In this document: positions 37,992 through 47,164 of the stretch, piece by piece
Layout of the letters: each line of letters begins with the position of its first letter
Position numbering within the stretch: position 1 is the first letter of the stretch
From: Patescibacteria group bacterium
Lineage (GTDB): Bacteria; Patescibacteriota; Minisyncoccia; Phycocordibacterales; Phycocordibacteraceae
Length of the DNA stretch: 64,000 nt
Reading direction: 5' to 3'
Assembly: GCA_024653825.1 (NCBI GenBank)
Contig: JANLHF010000039.1
Span: 6,945 to 70,944, forward strand
Translations under genes and position numbers: made by a program
The notes under the pieces: model-generated
What the model was told of the DNA's origin: nothing
What the model saw: the letters and a program-made list of their open reading frames with translations, nothing else
Database searches by the model: none

Positions 37992-40102
37992 GAAAGCGAA
38001 TCGAGAATGTGCGCGAGCGACGCCGTCGCGACGCCGGTGACTTTGTCGGCTGCGCCGTAGTAGAGGAAGATGGTATCGCCGCGCACGGCGGCACCGCAGG
38101 AGAAGACGACGTTATCGCGTTCGCCGTGCTTTTCGTACAGCGTCTGGGGCATAAGGACAGGAGCATCAAGGCGCGCTTGGACCTGCAGGCCGGACGGGTC
38201 AAGAAATGCGGCTCCGAGTCCGTAGACGCCATTCTCCCCAATGCCGTGATAGAACATAAGCCATCCATCTTGCGTTTTGATCGGTGGTCCCGCGACCCCA
38301 ACTTTTTTACTATCCCATGCCCCGGCGCGGGGATGAAGTATTTCAATACAGCGAGAGATACGTTTCGTAAATGAGAGATCGCCAACGAGCGCCGCACATA
38401 TTCGGTCGCCGATGCGGTGGTACAACATATATTCTCCGCGCACTTTTTCCGGAAGAAGACAGAGGTCCTTGTCGTCAATGTTTTCAGTTGTGACGGGAGT
38501 CGGCATACTCCAGCGGTCGAAGCGTTTTGCGAGGAAGTCGTCACAGGAAATCGAAGTGATAACCCCTTTCGCCTTTCCTGTATCGCCGGCGGCGACATAG
38601 GTCATATATAATCGCCCATCGATGATGACCGCGCGCGGGTCTTCGCATCCGGAGTTCAGGTGGGAATATTTCTGCTCAAACTCAGCGCGCGGGCGATAAG
38701 CGGGTTCGGTGAGGCGTTCATCCAAGTGGATGCCATCTTTTGAACGAGCATAACCGATTGTGGAGATATGATCTGTGCTCATCGCCCGATAGAGTATATG
38801 AATAGAGCCGTCCATATCGATAGCGGCGGCATTAAAGGTTGCACGACTCTCAAAACCGGTTCCGCGCGGATTGAGAATCGGGTTCTCTGGTGCGCGAACG
38901 AACAATGATTTTAATGGGAAGGCGTCTGATTTCAGGAGGTGAGGGGAGTTCTGCTCGCTTGATACGAGTTTTGGCTTCGACACTGCTCGGAGTTCCCCGC
39001 GCGAAAGTGCTTGTACGAATGCCCGAAATGGAACGGACGCCGTGGAAACAGTCATTTCTCCGCTTCCGTAATATAGGGAAAGCGTATCACCAGTAACGGC
39101 TGCTCCACAGGCATACGCGATGCCCGGCTTCCACTCATTTTCATAAGGAGCGTCCGGTTCGAATACCGGCACCGCTGCGCGCGCGACGATCTTTGTTGGG
39201 TCGGCGAGGTCAAGGAGCAATGCTCCCCATTTGTAGCGCGTCGGCTCTGCCGCATCGTGTGCGTGATAGAAAACGAGCCACCCGAGTTCGGTTTTAATCG
39301 GTGGCGGCCCGGCGCCCTGCGCGTGGGTATGCCACGCAACGAGCATACTCGGAACCTTCATCGGGTCGGGACTTACGAACGTCCTCTTGGAGAGGTCTGC
39401 GAGATCATCGGTGTACTCAATGCGCACTCGGTTGTTGTCGTCACCGATGATGCTGTGCAGAACAGCGAATTTCCCACCAATCTTTTCTGGAAATAAGACC
39501 CAGTTTTTATGTATGTGACCCGGCGGGGAAATGAACACTGGTGGACTCCAACGGTCAAAGCGATGAGCGATGAAATCATCGGGAGCGATTGAAGCGACGG
39601 TTACTCGAATTATATCTTTTTCATCAAATGCGTAGAATACAAGATAGACTCGATTTTCTACAAGGACGAGACGTGCATCTTCGCACCCGCCCCAACTCCC
39701 ACCAGAAGCGTAGATTGTTGGCGCGTATCGCGCAACGGTGGGTGCGCCGGCGATGCGCGGGTACCGAATTGTGTACACCGGACTCGACAAGCGTTCGTCA
39801 AAAACGACGCCGTCCTTCGACGATGCGTAGCCGAAGCGCGAGACGCCGTCCTCTCCAATCGCCCGATAAAAAAGATGCGTTCGTCCGCCAAGGACGAGAG
39901 CCCCGGGGTTGAAGACCGCTTTATTTTCCCATTCGTTTTTCGTCGGCTTCAAGATCGGGTTCTGGGATGCGCGAGTAAGCCGGGGGCTGTTGTGGTGAGA
40001 AGGAGAATTGCGAAACGCGCGGAAAAAAACGCCGAAAAGAGTTCCCACAATGAAGAAGGAAAAGAGCAGTGCAATTAGATTCGCTGCAAAGGGAAAGCTC
40101 AT
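37988..40102 (-). CDS. Membrane-anchored tandem GH130-type glycoside phosphorylase/glycosidase
   Basis: Two copies of NPIL/FN.A/LYRA/GCED.R/YYG motifs. Confidence 0.85.
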   Translation of the reverse strand: MSFPFAANLIALLFSFFIVGTLFGVFFRAFRNSPSHHNSPRLTRASQNPILKPTKNEWENKAVFNPGALVLGGRTHLFYRAIGEDGVSRFGYASSKDGVVFDERLSSPVYTIRYPRIAGAPTVARYAPTIYASGGSWGGCEDARLVLVENRVYLVFYAFDEKDIIRVTVASIAPDDFIAHRFDRWSPPVFISPPGHIHKNWVLFPEKIGGKFAVLHSIIGDDNNRVRIEYTDDLADLSKRTFVSPDPMKVPSMLVAWHTHAQGAGPPPIKTELGWLVFYHAHDAAEPTRYKWGALLLDLADPTKIVARAAVPVFEPDAPYENEWKPGIAYACGAAVTGDTLSLYYGSGEMTVSTASVPFRAFVQALSRGELRAVSKPKLVSSEQNSPHLLKSDAFPLKSLFVRAPENPILNPRGTGFESRATFNAAAIDMDGSIHILYRAMSTDHISTIGYARSKDGIHLDERLTEPAYRPRAEFEQKYSHLNSGCEDPRAVIIDGRLYMTYVAAGDTGKAKGVITSISCDDFLAKRFDRWSMPTPVTTENIDDKDLCLLPEKVRGEYMLYHRIGDRICAALVGDLSFTKRISRCIEILHPRAGAWDSKKVGVAGPPIKTQDGWLMFYHGIGENGVYGLGAAFLDPSGLQVQARLDAPVLMPQTLYEKHGERDNVVFSCGAAVRGDTIFLYYGAADKVTGVATASLAHILDSLS

Positions 40103-40171
40103 AGCAAATGAACTTCTTTACCATACCATCTAAAGGGCACGTAACGGCGCACCAATACACAGTTTTATATG

Positions 40172-41875
40172 TTATGCGCGCGGTTTGAATGCGGCACGCA
40201 ATGCATTCAGAATGACAGTGACATCGATGCCTTCTTGAATGACGGCGCCTTCGACCGGAACGATGAAGCCGAATGCGGCGAAGAGCATCCCGACCGTCGA
40301 GAGGCCGATACCGGCGTAGACACTCTGTCCCGCGATATGCACCGAACGTTTTGAAAGGGCGAACAGTTCGCGGATAAGCATCACGTCGCGCCCGAGTATC
40401 GCGACGCCGGCTGCTTCAATGGATGCGCTATTTTCGGTTCCGGAAAAGACAATGCCGATATCCGCCTTCGCCAGAGCCGGCGCGTCATTGAGTCCGTCGC
40501 CGACCATCGCGACCTTCTCGCCACGTCTTTTTGCCTCTTCAACAAGACGGTATTTTTCCTCCGGTGTGCAGTCAGCGCAGATATCAAGCGAGAGACCGGC
40601 AAAGACGGCATCTGCATGATCCTTGCGGTCGCCGGTCAGTACCGCGACCTTGTAACCGGCTCCCGAGAGTTCCGTGAGAAATGTTTTTGCATTCTCTTTC
40701 AGCACATCAGCGAAGTGAAAAACTGCGAGAGGATTCCCGTCGCCGGTAAGAAGAAGCGAGATGCCGCCCTCCTTATGATCGCCTTCGGGGGCCTGTTCGA
40801 GCGTGAGATAGCTCCCCGCGACGGTTCCGGCGATGCCGGTGCCAAGTATCTCGCTCGCATCGGTCGCCGGAACAGGCGAGAGTCCGCGTGCCTTCGTCTC
40901 GGATATGACGGTTCGCGCGAGCGGATGGATGGAGTGATATTCAAGCGCAGCGGCGAGAGAGAGAGCCGCATCTTCGGTAAGTTCGCTTGTCTTGAGCGTT
41001 ATCGCCGTGAGTTGAGGTTCTCCGAGCGTGAGTGTGCCCGTTTTATCAAAAAAGATGGTCGTGATGCCGCTGATCGATTCAAGTGTTGCAGGCGTCTTCA
41101 CGATAATATTCCTGCTCGCGGCGCGCGAGAGACCGCCGATGAACGCGACTGGCGCCGCGATAATAAGCGGGCAGGGAGTCGCGATAACAAGGACCGCGAG
41201 CACGCGAAGGATGTCGCCGGTCAGGAGATAAGCACCGCTTGAGATAAGCAGGGTGAGAAGAGTGAACGGGAGGTTCGCCCGCGTGGTGAGTCGTACGAAG
41301 GGCGCCTGATGCTGTTGGGCATCCTTCACGAGGTCGACGATTTTTGCATACGTCGACGTCGCGAGCGTGCCGGAGACGGTGAGTTCGAAGGCTTCGCCCA
41401 CGTTCACACTACCGCTCTTGATAACCGCCCCCTGCGCAAGCGTTTCGGGCAAAGGTTCGCCCGTTAGGTTCGCGAGCGAGAGTACGGCGCGCGGCGACGA
41501 GAGGAGACCATCGAGCGGGACGAGCTCGTTGCCGCGCACGACGATGGTCGCGCCGGTAAGCACCTCGGCGAGCGGCACCTCGGCGAGCGTGTTGTCGGGG
41601 CTCTTCACGAGCGCTGTCTTCGGGATGCGAGCGAGGAGGGCGGCGAGCGAGGCTCGCGCGCGCCGGCCCGCATAGGCTTCGAGCGCCTCTCCTCCCGTAT
41701 ACATGACGGCGATGACCGCGCCCGCGAGATACTGTTGCGTGTAGAGTGCTAATGCCATCGCGAGAAATGCGATGAAGTCTATAGACTTGCTTCCTGCACG
41801 GATTTCGCGATAGGCGACAACGAAGAGGTATGCGATGCCGATACAGATAATAACGAGGTAGATGGTGGACAGCAT
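40172..41875 (-). CDS. Heavy-metal P1B-type ATPase
   Basis: LTGEP, TPCPL, DKTGTLT, HP, GDGLNDAP. Confidence 0.93.
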   Translation of the reverse strand: MLSTIYLVIICIGIAYLFVVAYREIRAGSKSIDFIAFLAMALALYTQQYLAGAVIAVMYTGGEALEAYAGRRARASLAALLARIPKTALVKSPDNTLAEVPLAEVLTGATIVVRGNELVPLDGLLSSPRAVLSLANLTGEPLPETLAQGAVIKSGSVNVGEAFELTVSGTLATSTYAKIVDLVKDAQQHQAPFVRLTTRANLPFTLLTLLISSGAYLLTGDILRVLAVLVIATPCPLIIAAPVAFIGGLSRAASRNIIVKTPATLESISGITTIFFDKTGTLTLGEPQLTAITLKTSELTEDAALSLAAALEYHSIHPLARTVISETKARGLSPVPATDASEILGTGIAGTVAGSYLTLEQAPEGDHKEGGISLLLTGDGNPLAVFHFADVLKENAKTFLTELSGAGYKVAVLTGDRKDHADAVFAGLSLDICADCTPEEKYRLVEEAKRRGEKVAMVGDGLNDAPALAKADIGIVFSGTENSASIEAAGVAILGRDVMLIRELFALSKRSVHIAGQSVYAGIGLSTVGMLFAAFGFIVPVEGAVIQEGIDVTVILNALRAAFKPRA

Positions 41876-41904
41876 ACGAGTATCAATAGTATATAGTATG
41901 CGGT

Positions 41905-42459
41905 ATGGCACTCGACATTCAGCTTTTCCATCTCCTCAATAACCTCGCGGGGCAGTCGCCCTTTTTTGACAACATCATCGTATTTTTTGCTGAGTATCTG
42001 GCGTACCTTCTCATCGCTCTTTTCCTCGCTCTTCTCTTCTTCTCGCTCTATCCCAAAAGGGAGAAGCTGGAAATACTGCTCGTGACCGGCAGTTCAGCCT
42101 TCATTGCCCGTTTTGGCGTTGCTGAGGTTATTCGGCTGTTTATTCATCGTCCGCGTCCATTCTTGGCGATGCCGGTTCATCAGCTCATCACCGACAGCGC
42201 ATGGTCGTTCCCCTCGGGGCATGCGACGTTCTTCTTCGCGATGGCGACGGCGGTCTATCTTTATCACAAGAAGTGGGGGGCCTTCTTTTTTGTCGCGGCG
42301 ATATTCGTGACCGCGGGCCGTGTGATGGCCGGCGTCCACTATCCGTCCGACATTATAGGCGGGGCGCTGATAGGAATCCTCACAGCCTACGCTGTCTTCG
42401 CCGTTACCCGCAAACTTTTCCCTCCACGGGGTCTGCAAAACACTATTTCAACCTATTGA
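41905..42459 (+). CDS. PAP2 phosphatase (undecaprenyl-diphosphatase-like)
   Basis: RPRP, SFPSGH, R..GVHYPSD. Confidence 0.9.
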   Translation: MALDIQLFHLLNNLAGQSPFFDNIIVFFAEYLAYLLIALFLALLFFSLYPKREKLEILLVTGSSAFIARFGVAEVIRLFIHRPRPFLAMPVHQLITDSAWSFPSGHATFFFAMATAVYLYHKKWGAFFFVAAIFVTAGRVMAGVHYPSDIIGGALIGILTAYAVFAVTRKLFPPRGLQNTISTY

Positions 42460-42529
42460 CAGAAACTTGTCAATATGTTATCATCTAAATAACGAGGTAG
42501 CTATTGGCTATTTCGGTAACTAAATTCCA

Positions 42530-43069
42530 ATGTTATCACTTACAGCCCTTATGGGGTTTTTCCTTTTCTCGGGTATGCCGGCGCCGGCGATAGTGCCGGA
42601 GGCGTCGTTGCCGAGCTACGCCGTAACGCTTACGGCGTATAATGCCGTTCCGGCCCAGACCGACGGCAATCCTCTCGAGACCGCCTCGGGTGCCTTTTCC
42701 AATCCTGAAGTTGTCGCTGCGCGTTCTCGAGATCTTGCTGACACACTACCGTTCGGTACCATCATCGAACTTGATGGCTCGGACGCTTTGAATGCTTCGT
42801 GCGGATATAGTGTCGTGCATCCGGTCATCGGTTATCGCGTCATCGCGGATACGATGAATGCGCGCTTTACCAAGCGTGTCGACGTGCTTCTCACGACGAA
42901 GGCAGACTATACTACGACCGATAAAGGAATGAAGAACGCTGCGCAGGTGCTCGGCATCTGTAATGGCGTCACCATTCGCGTTGTTGGCCACATTGATATC
43001 AAGCATATGCCGAAAACACAGGCCGAACTCTCGAGAATCGTTCGAGGAGTTGAGCTCGCTCTCAAGTGA
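42530..43069 (+). CDS. 3D-domain cell-wall protein
   Basis: TAYNAVPAQTDGNP.ETASG, LPFGT, DTMNAR...VD. Confidence 0.8.
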   Translation: MLSLTALMGFFLFSGMPAPAIVPEASLPSYAVTLTAYNAVPAQTDGNPLETASGAFSNPEVVAARSRDLADTLPFGTIIELDGSDALNASCGYSVVHPVIGYRVIADTMNARFTKRVDVLLTTKADYTTTDKGMKNAAQVLGICNGVTIRVVGHIDIKHMPKTQAELSRIVRGVELALK

Positions 43070-43081
43070 TACTCTTAGCGC

Positions 43082-43735
43082 ATGGGGAAACTCACGCGCG
43101 CACAATCAGGATTCACCGCGAGCGAATATAAAACGCTCGTGGGGCTCACGACACCCATCAAGATACAAGACTTCCTTGACTCACTCCCGATGAATTGGGA
43201 GAAGAAGGGAGATACTCATATGTCACCGCGCCGCGTGCTGAAAGAAAAGAAGGCGCACTGCATCGAGGGTGCGATGCTCGCTGCCGCCGCACTCTGGATA
43301 ACAGGCGAACGGCCCCTCATCATGAACATCTCGCCAAGGATGGGAAAGGGCGACGACGACCATGTCGTCGCGCTCTATAAGCGCGGCGGACGTTGGGGCG
43401 CCATCAGTAAGACGAATCATGCTACCATACGATTCCGCGATCCGATCTACCGCACGCTCCGCGAGCTCGTGCTCTCCTATTTCCACGAATGGTTCCTGAA
43501 CTCGACCGGCGAAAAATTGTTGGAGTGCTACAGTCGACCGCTTGACATGCGACGCTTCGGCACCGACTGGCTCACGTCAGAAAAAGATTTGTGGGAAGTC
43601 GCCGATGCTCTTAGCGAACTGCCACACGATTATCTCGTCCCAAAAGGGAATTGGCGCTTTGTCCGCAAGGCCGACCCGATGGAGCGCAAAGCCGGAAAAC
43701 TTATCGAGTGGGAGAAGTCAGATTCTCGAACATAG
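43082..43735 (+). CDS. Conserved hypothetical protein, transglutaminase-like (Cys-His)
   Basis: SPRRVL...AHCIEGA...DHVVAL...WGAISK. Confidence 0.6.
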   Translation: MGKLTRAQSGFTASEYKTLVGLTTPIKIQDFLDSLPMNWEKKGDTHMSPRRVLKEKKAHCIEGAMLAAAALWITGERPLIMNISPRMGKGDDDHVVALYKRGGRWGAISKTNHATIRFRDPIYRTLRELVLSYFHEWFLNSTGEKLLECYSRPLDMRRFGTDWLTSEKDLWEVADALSELPHDYLVPKGNWRFVRKADPMERKAGKLIEWEKSDSRT

Positions 43736-43749
43736 TGTAGGATGCCGTT

Positions 43750-44190
43750 ATGGCAAAAAAGAAACCAACATATCCCGCCGCCGCGAGGCCGGAGCCCGCT
43801 TTGGCGAGGAAAAGGCCCGAGGGAGTTCGAGTCGGGAGAGCGAGCGCCGGGCTCGGGCTCTTCGCGACACGACCCTACAAGAAAGGCGAACGTGTCATCG
43901 AGTACGTTGGCCGGACGCTCACGAATGCCGAAGAATATTCAAGCCGCAGTAAGTATCTCTTTGAGGTGAATAAGAGGAAGACCATTGACGGCTCGATGCG
44001 CTCTAACATTGCGCGCTATATCAACCATTCCTGTAAGCCCAATTGTGAGCCGGAAATAGAGAGGGGACGTATTTTTATCGATGCGATTAGGAACATCAAA
44101 GAAGGAGAGGAGTTCGTCTACGACTATGGTGAAGAGTATTTTAATGAACATATCAAGCCCTATGGCTGTCGCTGTGCGAAGCATACGTAA
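43750..44190 (+). CDS. SET-domain protein-lysine methyltransferase
   Basis: GLGLFA, RYINHSCKPN, EEFVYDY, CxC post-SET. Confidence 0.92.
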   Translation: MAKKKPTYPAAARPEPALARKRPEGVRVGRASAGLGLFATRPYKKGERVIEYVGRTLTNAEEYSSRSKYLFEVNKRKTIDGSMRSNIARYINHSCKPNCEPEIERGRIFIDAIRNIKEGEEFVYDYGEEYFNEHIKPYGCRCAKHT

Positions 44191-44236
44191 AAAGAAAACG
44201 CCCCGCTTCGCGGGGCGTTTTCTTTAGCTCGATTGT

Positions 44237-44323
44237 TACTACCAAGCGAGCCGAGTGACGAACAAGTTCTTACTTGATTCGTCCGAGGCAAGCTTAGGGA
44301 GCAAGCTCGGCTTTGCGAGCTTA
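44237..44323. repeat. Structured dispersed element, copy 1
   Basis: Conserved blocks shared with 60658-60743. Confidence 0.8.
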
Positions 44324-44530
44324 GATCGTGCTGACGTTGAGGGCGTTCGGGCCTTTCGGGCTGTCGCCGATCTCAAACGAAACCTTTGCTCCCTCCTGGA
44401 GCTCGTCGAACGAAATGTTCCGGAGCTCGTTGGAATGGAAGAACAGGTCCTTAGAACCTTCCGGTGCTCCGTCGACTTTAATGAAGCCGAAGCCCTTCTC
44501 GTTCTTCTTGATTACTGTACCATTTTGCAT
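44321..44530 (-). CDS. Cold-shock protein
   Basis: KGFGFI, DLFFH, KGPNA. Confidence 0.95.
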   Translation of the reverse strand: MQNGTVIKKNEKGFGFIKVDGAPEGSKDLFFHSNELRNISFDELQEGAKVSFEIGDSPKGPNALNVSTI

Positions 44531-44702
44531 ACTGCAGATTGATAGATTGTGTGACTAAGATATCAAATCAGTAGCTGAAGATAGAAGCTCGATCCCACTT
44601 CTCTGGATCCCGCTCTGGTTGATATGCACAGGATAGCAGACACACTCTTTTTTGTCAACACCCCACCCATACGGCTCCTTTTTATGGTATACACTAGGCG
44701 AT

Positions 44703-45383
44703 ATGAAAGAGGAACCGCGCTCTCTTCGAGACCTATTTGGGTCGGAGTATAGATATTCGCTTCTAGGAGCATTTGCACTGCTTGTGGCGGCATATGTGGC
44801 CGAACACTTTGCAAACATCTACGCCTTTGACTATATGGCGCGCCCGACTTCAAACCATGTCGGAGATCTCTTCCTCGACAATCTGCCGATCGTTGATCTG
44901 AACTTCATCATCATTGAGGGGGCATTTTTTTCTATCGTCCTCGGCACGCTCTACGTGTTGTCAAAACCGCGCTCAGTGCTCTTCACGCTCAAGGCCTTAT
45001 CAATCTTCATTATCATACGAGCCCTTTTTATCTCTCTTACCCACGTCGGTTTTTATCCGATCCATCTTGATCCAGGAGTCGGGTTCTTCGCCGACTTATA
45101 CTCATATCTTAATTTTCAGCTCGGGTTCTTCTTCTCTGGACACACCGGCCTACCATTCCTCATCGCACTCATTTTCTGGGGGAATCGACAGGCGCGTCTC
45201 GTTTTTATCTCGCTGTCCGCGGTGTTCGGCGCTGCTGTTCTTCTCGCGCATATTCATTACTCTATTGATGTGCTCGCGGCACCTTTTATGGCCTATGGAA
45301 TATTCACTATCGCTAAGTATCTCTTCCCACGCGACTACGCGCTCATCGCGACGGCTCCCCCAGTTGTCGAAGATGCGTCTTGA
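44703..45383 (+). CDS. PAP2-superfamily membrane protein (sphingomyelin-synthase-like C-terminus)
   Basis: FFSGHT, HIHYSIDV; multiple TM. Confidence 0.8.
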   Translation: MKEEPRSLRDLFGSEYRYSLLGAFALLVAAYVAEHFANIYAFDYMARPTSNHVGDLFLDNLPIVDLNFIIIEGAFFSIVLGTLYVLSKPRSVLFTLKALSIFIIIRALFISLTHVGFYPIHLDPGVGFFADLYSYLNFQLGFFFSGHTGLPFLIALIFWGNRQARLVFISLSAVFGAAVLLAHIHYSIDVLAAPFMAYGIFTIAKYLFPRDYALIATAPPVVEDAS

Positions 45384-45529
45384 CAAATAAGACGCGAGGA
45401 ATATAATTAGTCCTGTTGTGGGCGCCTCCCTCTCCCCGTTCTGTTTCAGTAAGAGCGCTCTTATTCTGGGGCGCTTTTTTATTTGTATTCATTATAAAGA
45501 TAAAGAGTGAGCCCACTCGGGGAGTGGGC

Positions 45530-45700
45530 TCAGGGGGTGGTTTTTCGCCGCCGCCAACGCGGACGTGTAGGAATGTACGACTTACTGCACCGACCACAAA
45601 GCTCGTGGTCGTTTTTTGAGGGCCCAGTCCATTTCTTCTTCCCTTTTCTTTTCCGAGGATACCGGACCCTTGTCTGGCATTCACAATAACTTATGGTCAT
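45530..45700 (-). CDS. 56-aa basic, Cys-rich small protein
   Basis: MTISYCECQTRVRYPRKRKGKKKW...HELCGRCSK...; AAAGGGG SD; hairpin at stop. Confidence 0.55.
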   Translation of the reverse strand: MTISYCECQTRVRYPRKRKGKKKWTGPSKNDHELCGRCSKSYIPTRPRWRRRKTTP

Positions 45701-45775
45701 AGGAGTACCCCTTTCTTTCGAGAGCTAGCTCGCGATATCGTACCACGAGGAAATATAAAAGTAAAGTTTGAAAAA

Positions 45776-46009
45776 TTAGGATTCCTGACTGCGGGGAGGC
45801 ATCCAATCGATAATCTTTTTCCGGTGTTCGTCGAGCGACCAGAGGTCGCCATGCTTGAAGAAGAGGGGGTGTGTCAATTTAAACTCTCGCAAGAGTGCAA
45901 GGGAGGCTTTCGGAAATCCATGAGGCAAATTTTTGTTATACGACTTCAGGAAATCGCCGAGCGATATGCGGAGCTCGCTTATCTTCAGTTCTTCGCCGTA
46001 TTTCTTCAT
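45776..46009 (-). CDS. Small hypothetical protein
   Basis: 77-aa ORF (FL.SYN...FP.AS...WSLD.HRK). Confidence 0.6.
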   Translation of the reverse strand: MKKYGEELKISELRISLGDFLKSYNKNLPHGFPKASLALLREFKLTHPLFFKHGDLWSLDEHRKKIIDWMPPRSQES

Positions 46010-46116
46010 TGAGACCACAATACCACGAATTATTGAAAAAATCAACGTATTGCTGTATTGAGATTAAAAAAGAAACGGCACCCTTGGAGGGTGCCGATGC
46101 CGTACTGAACCGAGGC

Positions 46117-46587
46117 TCAGAAAGCCTTGAAGTGATACGTGGCGGAAAAGAGCAGTATCGCCTTTCGTCTACCGTTCGGCGGTATGAGTGCGACGTTGCC
46201 ACCGAGCGCATCCTTCCTGACCGACAGGAAAGGGATGATGAGAGTACCGTGTGCTGTTCCGCGCCCAGGGAACTCGTAATTCACTCGCGCGACTTCAGCG
46301 GCGACGGAGAACACATAACCTCGAACGTTGGCGAAGGGATATTCATACCCCACGCCGAAGGCCGTTGTTTGCCCGCGCGAACTGTTCTTCATCCTGTCGG
46401 CGGCGACGAACCACTTGCCGTGGTAGGCGCGGAGGCCGAGGCCCCAGTTCTGCTCGTTGTAGTTGCGATCGCGATTGCCGTGGTAGCTGAGCCCCCAGAA
46501 GTCGACCGCGATGTGATTGTCCGCTGCGAAGGCAGGAACGAGCCCGGAAACAGCAAAGAACAACAGCACCCTCCATACATTTCGCAT
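46117..46587 (-). CDS. Secreted PagP-like beta-barrel protein
   Basis: Signal peptide, SYH...YNEQNWGLG, KNS, alternating beta strands, C-terminal Phe. Confidence 0.6.
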   Translation of the reverse strand: MRNVWRVLLFFAVSGLVPAFAADNHIAVDFWGLSYHGNRDRNYNEQNWGLGLRAYHGKWFVAADRMKNSSRGQTTAFGVGYEYPFANVRGYVFSVAAEVARVNYEFPGRGTAHGTLIIPFLSVRKDALGGNVALIPPNGRRKAILLFSATYHFKAF

Positions 46588-46647
46588 TTTTCGCTCCTTC
46601 CTCGGTTGATGTAGCCCACCTCCTTTTACGCTTTTCAAGCCACTTCG

Positions 46648-47061
46648 TCAAGGTAGATCAATTTCCTCGCTGTAGGTCGTATAGTCGACGGTCAGCTCCT
46701 CGCCGACCTCGATGTCCTCGATGGCGATGAAATCCTCACGGATCACTCGCATATTCGGACTCGAAGAATGATTCATATGCCACGATTTGGTTGCTTCCTC
46801 GAGACCGTTGTCAGGTATCCAGTAGTATCCCTTCTGGAACGCGCACATATCGTGCACCAGTTTTTTGACCGCTTCCGGCACCCCCCGCAGATCCTCATCC
46901 GATACTCGGATAGAACGAGCGAACGTGCTATCTCCCCTGAAGGGGCTTGTTCCTTCGGGGATCGGCCGTATAGCGAATACGCCGATGCCGTGGATAGGTG
47001 AGGGAGCGAGCCGGGTGAAGACATCGTCCCGCAACTGCTTCAGCAATTTCGTCTTGTTCAT
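46648..47061 (-). CDS. Second SET-domain protein
   Basis: PSPIHGIGVFA, MNHSSSPN, GEELTVDY. Confidence 0.9.
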   Translation of the reverse strand: MNKTKLLKQLRDDVFTRLAPSPIHGIGVFAIRPIPEGTSPFRGDSTFARSIRVSDEDLRGVPEAVKKLVHDMCAFQKGYYWIPDNGLEEATKSWHMNHSSSPNMRVIREDFIAIEDIEVGEELTVDYTTYSEEIDLP

Positions 47062-47164
47062 GTCTGCACTCCTTTCTTGTCCGCCTGTCACCATACCACT
47101 TTTCTATAAAAAAGAAATCGCCCCAAGCGCGTGAGCGCAAGGGGCGATGAGGTAACACGAAAGA

